In this document: positions 16,587-25,084 of the stretch, in pieces
Layout: every line of letters begins with the position of its first letter
How positions within the stretch are numbered: the stretch's first letter is position 1
From: a virus
Taxonomy: Duplodnaviria; Caudoviricetes
Virus record (IMG/VR): IMGVR_UViG_3300031939_000012
Span: 1-40,945 of that record
Length of the DNA: 40,945 nucleotides
Strand: one strand, 5' to 3'
Translations under genes and position numbers: made by a program
Notes under the pieces: generated by a model
Database searches by the model: none
What the model saw: only the letters and a program-made list of their open reading frames with translations
Told to the model about the DNA's origin: nothing

Positions 16587-18472
16587 TACGCGCCCGCCGT
16601 TTCTATGGCTGTGCCAGTTGTGGGCTGCAACGCCGTGCCCGGCTTGGTGCGGGATTTCTTCTTCGCTGGCACACTCTTCGCCGGCTGAGCCGCTTTTGTG
16701 CCAGCCTTCGCTGCCTCCGCCGCGGCTTTGCGGTCCGCCTCGGCCTTGTCGCGGATCTGCTGTGCGATGGCGTCCGCATCGATGCCCAGCGCCTGCGCCG
16801 TCTTCTCCAGCAGGTCGTCGTTGTCCCAGTCGTTGGCGGTGGCTTCACCCAGCAGCAGCGCCACGGCGACGTCATCCAGCTCGGGTGCCGTGAGGCTGTC
16901 CAGGTGTTTGCGGAAGGCCTCGCCGGCGAGCTTGACCTGATCGCGCGCCTTCTCCCACGTGGTGTGGCCCTTCTTCGCCTTCGGCACATCAATCGACAGA
17001 GACTCGCAGAGCTTCGTGATGTCACCGTTCCAGGCGTTGCTCGTCACGAACCAGGCGAGGAAGAAGTTCAGCATCCGCGCGTTCGGCGCATCGGCGCGCT
17101 CGATCTCGGCCAGCAGCGCGGCGTCGATCGCCTTCTGCACGTTGGCTTTGAACTCGCGCTCCTCTTCATCTCGCTTCTGGCGCTGCGCGTAGCTCTCGCC
17201 GTTCGGCTGCACGCCATGCGTCATCTCCCGCGTCGGTTCCACGTGATGGTGATGCACCTTGCAGCTCTGGTCGGCGCACACGTAGCGCAGCTTGCCCTGG
17301 TCCGGGCCGTCGGTGGCGATGGCCTGCACCGTCGCCGGGCACGCGCCCTTCTTCGACCCCACCCACTGCCCTTCCTTCACCGCCTTGTTCGCCACCACAA
17401 CGGCGCGCGCCGTCTCGACGGCCTTGCCCTGCTGCAGCTTCACCGCGCTGGCGCGAATCTCGACCACCGGCTTTTCCAGCTTCTCGGTCGAGTGCTTGCT
17501 GGAGATCTTCAGCAGCGGCGAGCCCTGGTCCTTCGCCCGCGCCTGGGCGAGCAGCGTGAACGCCTTTTGCTTGTCCGCGAAGCAGGCTGGATCGACGCAG
17601 GTGTCTTCCACTGTTGTCAGGTCCGCGAACAGAGCGGCGTTGGCGCCGGTGCGCTTGGGGCAGGTGGTGCACGGGCCCGCGATCGGCAGCAGATCCGCAT
17701 CGCCCAGATCCCACGGCACACCCTTGAGCTGCAGCAGGACGTGGTCGCGTATCCACTCGCCGAGTTCTACCGCAGTGGGGTTGACCAGGCGCCTCATGTG
17801 CTTCGCGTCAAAGCGCTGCATCCGCGTCGCGATCAGCTTCTCCGCGGGCATCTCTTTTCTGATCTCCCACTGCGCGATGCCTAGCAGGTAGACCAGTGCA
17901 TTGATCTGGTCCTTCGCGGTCAGCCGTGCCAGAAGCAGCGCATGCCCCAAAGTCAGGTGGCCGGCCGCGAACAGTCCCTTCGCGTCAACCTCGAGCGTCA
18001 GCAGCTTCAAGCGCTGCTGCACATAGCCCAGCGTCTTGCCTGCCTTCTTGGCAACGTCTTCGGCAGTCGCACCGTGCGCCAGCAGCGCGCGATAGCCCTC
18101 GGCCTCTTCCACCGGATGCAGGTCGGCGCGCTGGAGGTTCTCGACCAGCTGCAGGTCCATCGCATCGCTGTCGCTCAGCCCGTCGTGCACGATGGCCGGA
18201 ATCTCGCTGAGCCCCGCGGCCTGCGCCGCACGATAGCGCCGCTCGCCAGTGACGAGCTCGTAGTGCGCCGGCTCGTCTCTGCCGGAATCGGGTTCAGGCC
18301 ATTCGTCGATGATCGATCGCACCAGGATCGGCACGGTGACGCCGCACTCGCGGATGCTGCCGGTCAGCTCCTCGAGCGCGGCCGGGTCGAAGTGCTTTCT
18401 CGGGTTCGTGGTGGATGGACGGATGGCGGAGAGGGGGATAGATTCAAAACTGCCGGGCTGAAGCTGGTTCAT
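16586..18472 (-). CDS. ParB/RepB/Spo0J-family protein (long form, PRTRC-ParB-like)
   Basis: NPRKHFD, GERRYRAA, ENLQRADLHPVEEA, an HTH, and a CTTCPKRTG...CVDPAC cluster. Confidence 0.9.
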   Translation of the reverse strand: MNQLQPGSFESIPLSAIRPSTTNPRKHFDPAALEELTGSIRECGVTVPILVRSIIDEWPEPDSGRDEPAHYELVTGERRYRAAQAAGLSEIPAIVHDGLSDSDAMDLQLVENLQRADLHPVEEAEGYRALLAHGATAEDVAKKAGKTLGYVQQRLKLLTLEVDAKGLFAAGHLTLGHALLLARLTAKDQINALVYLLGIAQWEIRKEMPAEKLIATRMQRFDAKHMRRLVNPTAVELGEWIRDHVLLQLKGVPWDLGDADLLPIAGPCTTCPKRTGANAALFADLTTVEDTCVDPACFADKQKAFTLLAQARAKDQGSPLLKISSKHSTEKLEKPVVEIRASAVKLQQGKAVETARAVVVANKAVKEGQWVGSKKGACPATVQAIATDGPDQGKLRYVCADQSCKVHHHHVEPTREMTHGVQPNGESYAQRQKRDEEEREFKANVQKAIDAALLAEIERADAPNARMLNFFLAWFVTSNAWNGDITKLCESLSIDVPKAKKGHTTWEKARDQVKLAGEAFRKHLDSLTAPELDDVAVALLLGEATANDWDNDDLLEKTAQALGIDADAIAQQIRDKAEADRKAAAEAAKAGTKAAQPAKSVPAKKKSRTKPGTALQPTTGTAIETAGA

Positions 18473-18548
18473 GGACAGGTTCCTTTCTTCGGTTCGGTTG
18501 TGGTTTTACGCAGCGCCGGTCGTTCTCCGCGATCGGCGCCGCGCCGTT

Positions 18549-19178
18549 TCAGGCCACTGTTTGTGCTGGCGCTTCCTGGGTTGTGACCTCACGCATACGG
18601 CGCATGCGGTCGCGGACGTCTTCCATATCTGCCTTCGGAATCGCCGCGATAACCGCTGCTATCTCTGCATCGCTATGCCGGGGCTCCACGGTTCGTCCGA
18701 GTTGCCGGCGCGGGCTGCGCACGATCACCGCGCGCGGGATGCCGGCGGCAATGTCCTCCTCGCGCTCCCGAAGCCACTGTGCCTTCCACGCGTCGATCTG
18801 CGTTACCGCCTTGCGGCCGGCGCGCAGACTGGTTTCGGAGCGCAGTTCCGCCTCGATCTCATGAGGCTCGGGAAAAAACGGCGCCCTCGCCCGGTCGCGT
18901 ATGACCTTCGATAACGCGGCTGCGAACGGCTCGATCTTGTACCGCACTACCATCTCCTCCCACTCCGAGAGGTACATCTCCGTCGTAAGCGGGCCGAGCT
19001 CCTGCTTCGGATAACGGGCAATGGTCTGGTCCCAGAGGGCCTTGAGCTGCAATGCCGTATCGACGCTCAAACGCTGCGTCGGATGCAGCGTAAGACCGTT
19101 GAAGACGTTGTGCTGAAGCGCTGACGTGGAATCCCGGTCCAGTTCCCCGGCCCGCTGAATTTGGCGCAGGCTGTGCAT
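18549..19178 (-). CDS. Putative helicase loader/inhibitor (lambda P / G39P position)
   Basis: GGAGG-N6-ATG at 19178; follows the initiator; FFPEPHEI motif. Confidence 0.55.
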   Translation of the reverse strand: MHSLRQIQRAGELDRDSTSALQHNVFNGLTLHPTQRLSVDTALQLKALWDQTIARYPKQELGPLTTEMYLSEWEEMVVRYKIEPFAAALSKVIRDRARAPFFPEPHEIEAELRSETSLRAGRKAVTQIDAWKAQWLREREEDIAAGIPRAVIVRSPRRQLGRTVEPRHSDAEIAAVIAAIPKADMEDVRDRMRRMREVTTQEAPAQTVA

Positions 19179-19998
19179 TGGTTCCTCCATTCGGCTGTCG
19201 TGTCAGGTGTTCGGGCTTGATGCGGTACTCGCGCAATCGCATGAACTCGGCGACGTCCTTCAGGTACCGCCATTCGCTCTCGGGCACAGCGTGGGCAATG
19301 CCCTCGACGAAGTGCAGCACGGCGATCGCAGCATCCTGGGGCGAGGCTCGCGAGGACTCTGCCTCGGCCCGCACGGCCGCCAGCGTGGCGATGCGATCGG
19401 GGTAGGGGATGTCCTTGGCCGACCAGTTGCGCATGCGGGCTCGAGGATGCGCCAGGATGATCTGCGCCACAAACGGCTGCAGATCGGGCTCCTGATTCAA
19501 GGGCGGAGGTTCAGGTGGAGGGGCGGCGAATGCTTGGGGCATCGCAGTTGGCTGCTCGGCCGCAGGCTGCTCACGCGCGTTAACTCTCTCTGCATTTAAG
19601 GATGACGATGAAGGGCAATGCTCGGGCTGTGCTTGTGCAATGCTTGGAGCATGTTTCCAGCGGGAGCGGGCGGCCTTCGATGCCTTAGCCGAGGCGTTTC
19701 TCTGTTTTTCCGCGTATTCTGCCCGAATCAGCTCTAGCCGGGACTGGATCAGCTGGCCGTCGCGCATTGTGAAGAACGCCCGGAGCGCGTCCCATGCAAT
19801 GCTCCAAGCATGCTCGGGCACACGCGCGATGCGACGAAGCCGCTCGGATTCGAGCGGCAGGGATCCATTCCTCCAGGCATGCATCAGCAGCAGCATGTAG
19901 GCGCCGGACTCCAGCGCATCCAGGTGAGTCGTGGCGGCGAGAAAATCGCCGATGTACAGCGGCATCCAGACATCAGGCTTCGGAGTCGTTCTCTTCAA
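18859..19998 (-). CDS. Replication initiator, YdaU/DUF1376 family
   Basis: WMPLYIGDFLAATTHL...GAYMLLLMHAW...LP N-terminus; internal iteron-like repeats. Confidence 0.85.
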   Translation of the reverse strand: MKRTTPKPDVWMPLYIGDFLAATTHLDALESGAYMLLLMHAWRNGSLPLESERLRRIARVPEHAWSIAWDALRAFFTMRDGQLIQSRLELIRAEYAEKQRNASAKASKAARSRWKHAPSIAQAQPEHCPSSSSLNAERVNAREQPAAEQPTAMPQAFAAPPPEPPPLNQEPDLQPFVAQIILAHPRARMRNWSAKDIPYPDRIATLAAVRAEAESSRASPQDAAIAVLHFVEGIAHAVPESEWRYLKDVAEFMRLREYRIKPEHLTRQPNGGTNAQPAPNSAGRGTGPGFHVSASAQRLQRSYAASDAAFERRYGIAAQGPLGPDHCPLSEAGARPAYDGDVPLGVGGDGSAVQDRAVRSRVIEGHTRPGEGAVFSRAS

Positions 19999-20030
19999 TG
20001 GACTCGTTCCTTTAGGTGTGCTTGGAGCAT
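19530..20030. repeat. Iteron-like quasi-palindromes (putative origin)
   Basis: ATGCTTGG(A/G)GCAT at 19530 and 19640, inverted copy at 19799, GTGCTTGGAGCAT at 20018; AT-rich patch near 19580-19600. Confidence 0.55.
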
Positions 20031-20209
20031 GCGCGTAGCTTTGCCGCGAGAGCAGCGGCGAAGCGGGTCAGGCAGGATTGTGTGTTGCAGACCGTGCCCT
20101 GGCGGTCTGCCCACTCGCATCCTTCGTCGCAAGCGCGATAGAAGGTGCAGCGGCAGTAACGGCAGTGGCCGGGGGTTGTGGCAGGCAGAGGGTTGTCGAT
20201 CAGCTTCAA
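20012..20209 (-). CDS. Small Cys-rich protein
   Basis: TTG start overlapping the upstream stop, GGAGG RBS; CRYCRCT..RAC...CEW...C...C. Confidence 0.55.
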   Translation of the reverse strand: MKLIDNPLPATTPGHCRYCRCTFYRACDEGCEWADRQGTVCNTQSCLTRFAAALAAKLRACSKHT

Positions 20210-20499
20210 CGCAGGCCCTCCATGTGTTGCCGGTAGGCGTTCTGCAGCGTGTCGAAGTTCTCGAAGCACTTGCCCTCGGACCAGCGCATCATGGCGGCGT
20301 ACTCGGGGACGTGGGCGTCGATCTTCTCGGCCGCCGTCCACCAGTTCGCCGCGCTCGGCACCTCGATAACCGGCAAGCCGCATATCGGGCACTCCAGGCC
20401 GCTCACGCCATCAGCGTCCGACCGGGTAGAGGGCGCGGCGTCGCGCGGATGGCCGTGCCACTGGCATTGCTTTCCGAATGCATACGGTTGATCGTGCAT
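20206..20499 (-). CDS. Hypothetical protein with Zn-ribbon
   Basis: AGGAGG RBS; CQWHG...CPICG. Confidence 0.6.
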   Translation of the reverse strand: MHDQPYAFGKQCQWHGHPRDAAPSTRSDADGVSGLECPICGLPVIEVPSAANWWTAAEKIDAHVPEYAAMMRWSEGKCFENFDTLQNAYRQHMEGLR

Positions 20500-20622
20500 C
20501 GTGTGTCCTCCTAGTTCCCGCGCCACCATTCGCGGCGGCGCCGCACATGCCCGACGAGCAGCTCGCCGAGCTCCCAGCCGAGTCCACGCCCGACGGCAGA
20601 CCACAACAGCTCCGCGCAGAAC

Positions 20623-20946
20623 TCAGGCATCGTGCAGCTCCACGCTCACGGCAACGGCGTCCTCGTCGAGGATCTCGATGAGCTGCGGATGGGCGCTGTC
20701 GCGCGCGATCAGGCCGCGCCATTCGAGATACTCGACCGCCTCCACGACGAGCTCTGCGATCTCGCCTTCGCAAGAGTCCAGGTCGAAGTGCACACAATCG
20801 TCGGGATCGGTCTGGTTCAGCGTGTGCACGTCGATTACGCTGCAGGCGTACTCATACGCGAGCGATCGCTCGATCGCGAGCATCTGCATCTCGGTCTTTG
20901 TGGCGCTGGGTGCAAACGTGCGGCAGGCGCCGCGGCCGGCGCTCAT
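20623..20946 (-). CDS. Hypothetical acidic protein
   Basis: ATGA coupling; EAVEYLEWRGLI helix. Confidence 0.55.
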   Translation of the reverse strand: MSAGRGACRTFAPSATKTEMQMLAIERSLAYEYACSVIDVHTLNQTDPDDCVHFDLDSCEGEIAELVVEAVEYLEWRGLIARDSAHPQLIEILDEDAVAVSVELHDA

Positions 20947-21521
20947 CCGAGCACCAGCGTGATGATGATGAGAACCATGACTGCGGCGCACGCGGCCTGG
21001 AAACGGCGCGTGCGCCGGCTATGGGCAAGCTTCGCCGCGTCGCCACGCGTGGGCTCGGTCTCCTCCCACTGTGGGAGCTTGGCGAAGTCCAAGGCACCGC
21101 GCTTCGGCTCAGGCCGGCCCTCGGCCCGGGTACCGGGCAGGTTGGCCAGGGCCGCGACGCCGCCGATCGACAGCAGCAGGCAGGCCGAGTCGGTGAGCGA
21201 CCTGAGGTAGCAGGCCTCGCCGATGCCCAGTTCGCCGAGCATGGATCCCGACTCGTACCATGGCAGCCCGCGGGCGGCGGCGCTGAGGCGCAGGCCGCCC
21301 TTGAGCTGAGGGCTCCCGGGCGCGAAGCCAGATTCGATCAGCGAGGCTTCGATCTGCCGCGCACAATCCTTCGCTGCGTCGGCGAAGCAGCCGTTGCAAA
21401 ACCGCTCGCCGGCAACGGGCGTATCGCAACCCGGTCCGGCACAGGTCCGCACCGTGTTCGGTGCGATAACAGGGATGTCTAGGAGGGGTATGTCCGAGGT
21501 AAGAGAGGAGTTTGTAATCAC
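20943..21521 (-). CDS. Hypothetical protein with C-terminal TM helix
   Basis: First gene of the leftward early operon; CAGPGC...FCNGC and a hydrophobic C-terminus. Confidence 0.55.
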   Translation of the reverse strand: MITNSSLTSDIPLLDIPVIAPNTVRTCAGPGCDTPVAGERFCNGCFADAAKDCARQIEASLIESGFAPGSPQLKGGLRLSAAARGLPWYESGSMLGELGIGEACYLRSLTDSACLLLSIGGVAALANLPGTRAEGRPEPKRGALDFAKLPQWEETEPTRGDAAKLAHSRRTRRFQAACAAVMVLIIITLVLG

Positions 21522-21532
21522 GGCCTGCTCGC

Positions 21533-21590
21533 TGATGGATTGTCTTCATCCTGCGATGATGACAATTTCACATCAGCGATTCAGTGTCAA
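21533..21590 (-). promoter_or_regulatory. Leftward early promoter/operators (OL-like)
   Basis: TTGACA at 21585-21590 (minus), with 16-bp TGAn-N7-CATCA sites at 21533-21548 and 21560-21575. Confidence 0.6.
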
Positions 21591-21628
21591 CTGCAAAGCT
21601 TCATCAATGGGTCGAGGAAGATACACCC

Positions 21629-22258
21629 TCAGATGTCAAGCTGATATTTTTCGACCCCGACTCCGAGGATCACGAGTGCCTGCTGATCGGAGCGAATCGA
21701 GGGATAGAGGGTGTTTTCGGGGATGAGTTCAAAGACGGGGTTGCCGTTCGCATCTGGCAGCCGCGCTGCATACCGCGCGATAACCGCTCGCGGATCGGCA
21801 TTGCACTGTGCGACCACAAACTTCCCTGGAGCCGGGTCCGTCTCCGGATCTGCGATCAGGAAGTGGCCGGTCTTCAGGCTCGGAGCGTTGGCGTCATCCT
21901 CGATGATCACCGCGAACGCGCGGCGCGAGTGCTTTTTAAGCGACATAACATGCTGGATTGGTTCACGTGACTTTTCGTTGTCTTCAGCCGCAACACACTT
22001 GGCTGCGGTCGATTGGGCCCAAGCTGGAATGATTACCCCCTGTAGGATCACTGGTTCGTCGTTTTCACCGAGCGGATTGATGACCTCAATTCCTAAGGCT
22101 TGCGCCAGTGGACCGAGGTGCGGCGAAACCAGGGGCATCCTCCCTGCTTCAATCCGCGCGATGGTGGCTTGATCGACGCCGCTAGCTTCGTGTAATTGAC
22201 GCTGCGTGAGATGGAGTCGATTGCGACGTTGTTTCAGTTGGAAACCCAACTTGGCCAT
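21629..22258 (-). CDS. CI-like repressor (HTH plus degenerate S24 domain)
   Basis: LTQRQLHEASGVDQATIARIEAG HTH; AFAVII...P...G..LIADP, LIPENTLYP and ILGVGV S24 scaffold; divergent from a Cro-like gene. Confidence 0.88.
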   Translation of the reverse strand: MAKLGFQLKQRRNRLHLTQRQLHEASGVDQATIARIEAGRMPLVSPHLGPLAQALGIEVINPLGENDEPVILQGVIIPAWAQSTAAKCVAAEDNEKSREPIQHVMSLKKHSRRAFAVIIEDDANAPSLKTGHFLIADPETDPAPGKFVVAQCNADPRAVIARYAARLPDANGNPVFELIPENTLYPSIRSDQQALVILGVGVEKYQLDI

Positions 22259-22277
22259 GTCTACTTTTCCCATTTCC

Positions 22278-22358
22278 TGATTGCACAGCATCAAGAAACC
22301 AGATTAGAGGACAAGTTTGCATCGCCCCGCATTCTCTGGTAATGATAATACGTCATCA
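22278..22358. promoter_or_regulatory. Rightward operators/promoter (OR-like)
   Basis: TGATTGCACAGCATCA (22278-22293) and TGATAATACGTCATCA (22343-22358); TTGCAT at 22317. Confidence 0.6.
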
Positions 22359-22367
22359 GGAGATTAC

Positions 22368-22652
22368 ATGACCCCATTACTAAAAGCACGGAAAATGCGG
22401 GGACAGACCCAGCGAGACGTGGCTGCGGCGACGGGAATCGATCAAGCCATCCTGTCCAAGATCGAGCGCAGTGAGCGGTCTAGAGCTCATCCGGACAAGG
22501 AGGGCGCTACGGCCGCGCACGCGGCGGTGCTGTCACGGTATTTCGGGCACCTCGTCACTGAGGTGCAGATACTGTACCCGGCCGATTACCTGGTCGACGA
22601 GGCGGATGTTGCGATGCTGCATGCCTCAGCCGCCGCCAACGAGGCCGCCTAA
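22368..22652 (+). CDS. Cro-like HTH regulator
   Basis: MTPLLKARKMRGQTQRDVAAATGIDQAILSKIER...EVQILYP; CAGGAG RBS. Confidence 0.85.
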   Translation: MTPLLKARKMRGQTQRDVAAATGIDQAILSKIERSERSRAHPDKEGATAAHAAVLSRYFGHLVTEVQILYPADYLVDEADVAMLHASAAANEAA

Positions 22653-22658
22653 GCCATG

Positions 22659-23051
22659 CTAATTGGCTTCGCTATCCACCCGGCCGGTGACGCGCGCCGC
22701 CGCGTTGCCCAGCGTGCGGCCCACCGAGAGCATCGCTCCGGGATCTTGCGGCGCAGGCGGAATGTATTGCGCCGGGTAGCCGCCCTGCATCATCTGCCGG
22801 GTGGCGAACTCCCGCATGCGGGCCTGGGCTTCGCTCTCTGCGGTGCACGCCCAGATCAGCGCGCCGAACCAGCCCAGCACGGTCCAGCCCAGAAACAGGT
22901 TCACCAGCACGATGCCGGTCTGCGCGACCACGCGCCGGCTGCGGGCGATTACCGAAGGCAGGAAGTACAGAAAAACGCCGCCGAAAAGTATCAGCAGGCC
23001 AAGGACGACAGGAAAACCGGGGTCGACAAAGCAGAGAAGCGCCTGCGGCAT
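22659..23051 (-). CDS. Superinfection immunity membrane protein (T4 Imm-like)
   Basis: LYFLPSVIA..R.....IVLVNLFLGWTVLGWFGALIWA signature. Confidence 0.85.
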   Translation of the reverse strand: MPQALLCFVDPGFPVVLGLLILFGGVFLYFLPSVIARSRRVVAQTGIVLVNLFLGWTVLGWFGALIWACTAESEAQARMREFATRQMMQGGYPAQYIPPAPQDPGAMLSVGRTLGNAAARVTGRVDSEAN

Positions 23052-23146
23052 GAACAAGCTCCAGTGTGAGAAGTCCCGCCAGCATACAGGTGTAAGGACG
23101 AATGCGGAAGAGTACGGATATACAAAAACCAGGCCAGGAAAAAACG

Positions 23147-23374
23147 ATGAACGAGACACCAGCGAAGCCCACCTCCCACAAAGTCGACGCCATCCTCCGG
23201 CTCCCGGAAGTGGAGCGGATGTCCGGGCTAAAGAGGACCGCAATTTACGAGCGCATGGCCGAGGGCAAGTTCCCCCAGTCCGTGCCCCTGGGCGTGCGTC
23301 ATGTCGGCTGGCTCGAGTCAGAGATTCAGGCGTGGATCCGCGAGCTGGCAGACTCCCGAAAGGTCGCCGCCTAA
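23147..23374 (+). CDS. alpA: AlpA-family excisionase / regulator
   Basis: ILRLPEVERMSGLKRTAIY...GKFPQSVPLG...VGWLESEIQAWI. Confidence 0.9.
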   Translation: MNETPAKPTSHKVDAILRLPEVERMSGLKRTAIYERMAEGKFPQSVPLGVRHVGWLESEIQAWIRELADSRKVAA

Positions 23375-23376
23375 AG

Positions 23377-23646
23377 TGGGGGCAAGCATGGGGGCAAGCA
23401 GCCGATTTTGGCGCTTGCCCATTTTTTGTTTTCAGCAGCTTACAAGTTTTCTTTGGTAGGTGCCTCGCCTACCAGTACGACCGCCGCGGCCAGCCGCCTT
23501 CGTTTCGGGGGCATTGAAAAATAAGGTATTTCGATGCGTTTAGTTGCCGCCATCTTCCGCCGTGAGCCGTTGACTGTGGCAGTCTTCCGGGGGCAATATT
23601 GGGGGCAAGACATGCTTCCCGGAAAGGCTTGCCCCCAAATTGCCCC
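23377..23646. other. attP region with integrase arm-type repeats
   Basis: TGGGGGCAAGCA x2 (23377-23400), GGGGGCAA x2 (23589-23608) and inverted TTGCCCC x2 (23629-23646) flank AT-rich IHF-like tracts. Confidence 0.75.
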
Positions 23647-24830
23647 TTACTGACGTTGCGCTGCGATCGCTGAAGACCGATGTTCCGCGCAAGATCTTCG
23701 ACGGGCGCGGCCTCTATCTTGAGGTCACAGCAGCCGGCAGCAGGCTCTGGCGAATGAAATATCGGTTCGCCGGAAAGGAAAAGCGCCTCTCCCTGGGGAG
23801 CTATCCCGAGGTCAGCCTGAAGGCCGCGCGGGCGGCTCATGCCGAGAAGCTTGCCCTGCTAGCGCGCGGCATTGACCCGAGCGCCGAACGGAAGTCGGCC
23901 GCCAACGCTACGGGCGGGAGCTTCGAGACGGTAGCGCGGGAGTGGATTGCGAGCCGCGAGCCGATCTGGGCACCGGGCAATACAGCCCGAATCAAGAGCC
24001 TCTTCGAAAACGACCTCTTCCCTTACCTCGGGTCGCGGCCGCTCTGCGAGATTACGGCGCCGGAGCTCCTCGTCACCATCCGGAGAATCGAGCGGCGAGT
24101 GCTCGAGCGAGCGCATCGCGCCCTCATGAACTGTGGCCAGGTGTTTCGATACGGGGTGGCGACCGGCCGATGCGAGCGCAATCCTGCCGCCGATCTGCGA
24201 GGAGCACTGCCGCCCTACAAAAGCGGCCACTTCGCAGCGCCTACCGACCCGAAGCTCCTGGCGCCTCTGTTGCGCGCCATGTACAGCTACGAAGGAACGC
24301 CGGCGGTGACCGCTGCCCTGCGGCTGGCTCCGCTGGTGTTTGTTCGACCCGGCGAGCTGCGCAAGGCGGAGTGGGCTGACGTGGACCTGGACGCCGCAGA
24401 ATGGCGGTATGTCGCCAGCAAAACAAAGGTCCCCCACCTGGTGCCGCTGGCGCGGCAGGCGGTTGAGATCCTGCGCGAGCTGCTGCCAGTCACAGGCCGG
24501 AGCCGGTTTGTGTTTCCGAGCGCGCGATCGAAGGACCGTCCGATGAGTGACAATGCCGTGCTGGCAGCCCTCCGCCGGTCGGAGATATCGAAAGAGGAGC
24601 TATCCGGCCACGGCCTGCGTGCCACCGCTCGCACCATCCTGGATGAGGTGCTGAGCTTTCGCCCGGACATCATTGAGCACCAGCTCGCGCACGTAGTGAA
24701 AGACCCGAACGGCCGTGCGTACAACCGCACCGCGCATATCGAGGAGCGGCGGCGCATGATGCAGGCCTGGGCGGATTATCTGGATACTCTGCGCCGGGCG
24801 GAGGTCGTGCCCTTCGCGAAACGCGCCTAG
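23640..24830 (+). CDS. int: Tyrosine integrase, P4-like
   Basis: Arm-binding N-terminus (DGRGLYL, WRMKYRFAGKEKRLSLGSYP); RPGELR, HGLR, QLAH and AYNR catalytic motifs. Confidence 0.95.
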   Translation: MPLTDVALRSLKTDVPRKIFDGRGLYLEVTAAGSRLWRMKYRFAGKEKRLSLGSYPEVSLKAARAAHAEKLALLARGIDPSAERKSAANATGGSFETVAREWIASREPIWAPGNTARIKSLFENDLFPYLGSRPLCEITAPELLVTIRRIERRVLERAHRALMNCGQVFRYGVATGRCERNPAADLRGALPPYKSGHFAAPTDPKLLAPLLRAMYSYEGTPAVTAALRLAPLVFVRPGELRKAEWADVDLDAAEWRYVASKTKVPHLVPLARQAVEILRELLPVTGRSRFVFPSARSKDRPMSDNAVLAALRRSEISKEELSGHGLRATARTILDEVLSFRPDIIEHQLAHVVKDPNGRAYNRTAHIEERRRMMQAWADYLDTLRRAEVVPFAKRA

Positions 24831-25084
24831 ATGAAGTCGTCGGCGGCGAGCTGGACGATGTCGTCGGGCAGTGTTTCGGTACCGGATGTTGCCGCGTCAG
24901 CCTGCATGCGGCGTTCGGCATGAAAGGTGCGCGGAGGATCCGTGGGCGTGGGTGCGGGATCGTGCGACCAGTTGCAGAGCTCGCCGGCAGAAGCACCACA
25001 TCCCCAGCCATTCGCGGCGACGTGCGGGCAGTTCCAGGTGAGCGGGTCGATCAGCGTCGGGTCGGTTGTCGGCGTATCACTCAT
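24827..25084 (-). CDS. Small zinc-finger-like protein
   Basis: CPH...CGASAGELC...FHAER; ATGA coupling. Confidence 0.5.
   Translation of the reverse strand: MSDTPTTDPTLIDPLTWNCPHVAANGWGCGASAGELCNWSHDPAPTPTDPPRTFHAERRMQADAATSGTETLPDDIVQLAADDFI

Noticed and set aside
18467-18495. GTTC-N7-GTTC type LexA box upstream of parB
   Set aside because: The GTTC repeats are spaced by 8 and 9 nt, not 7.
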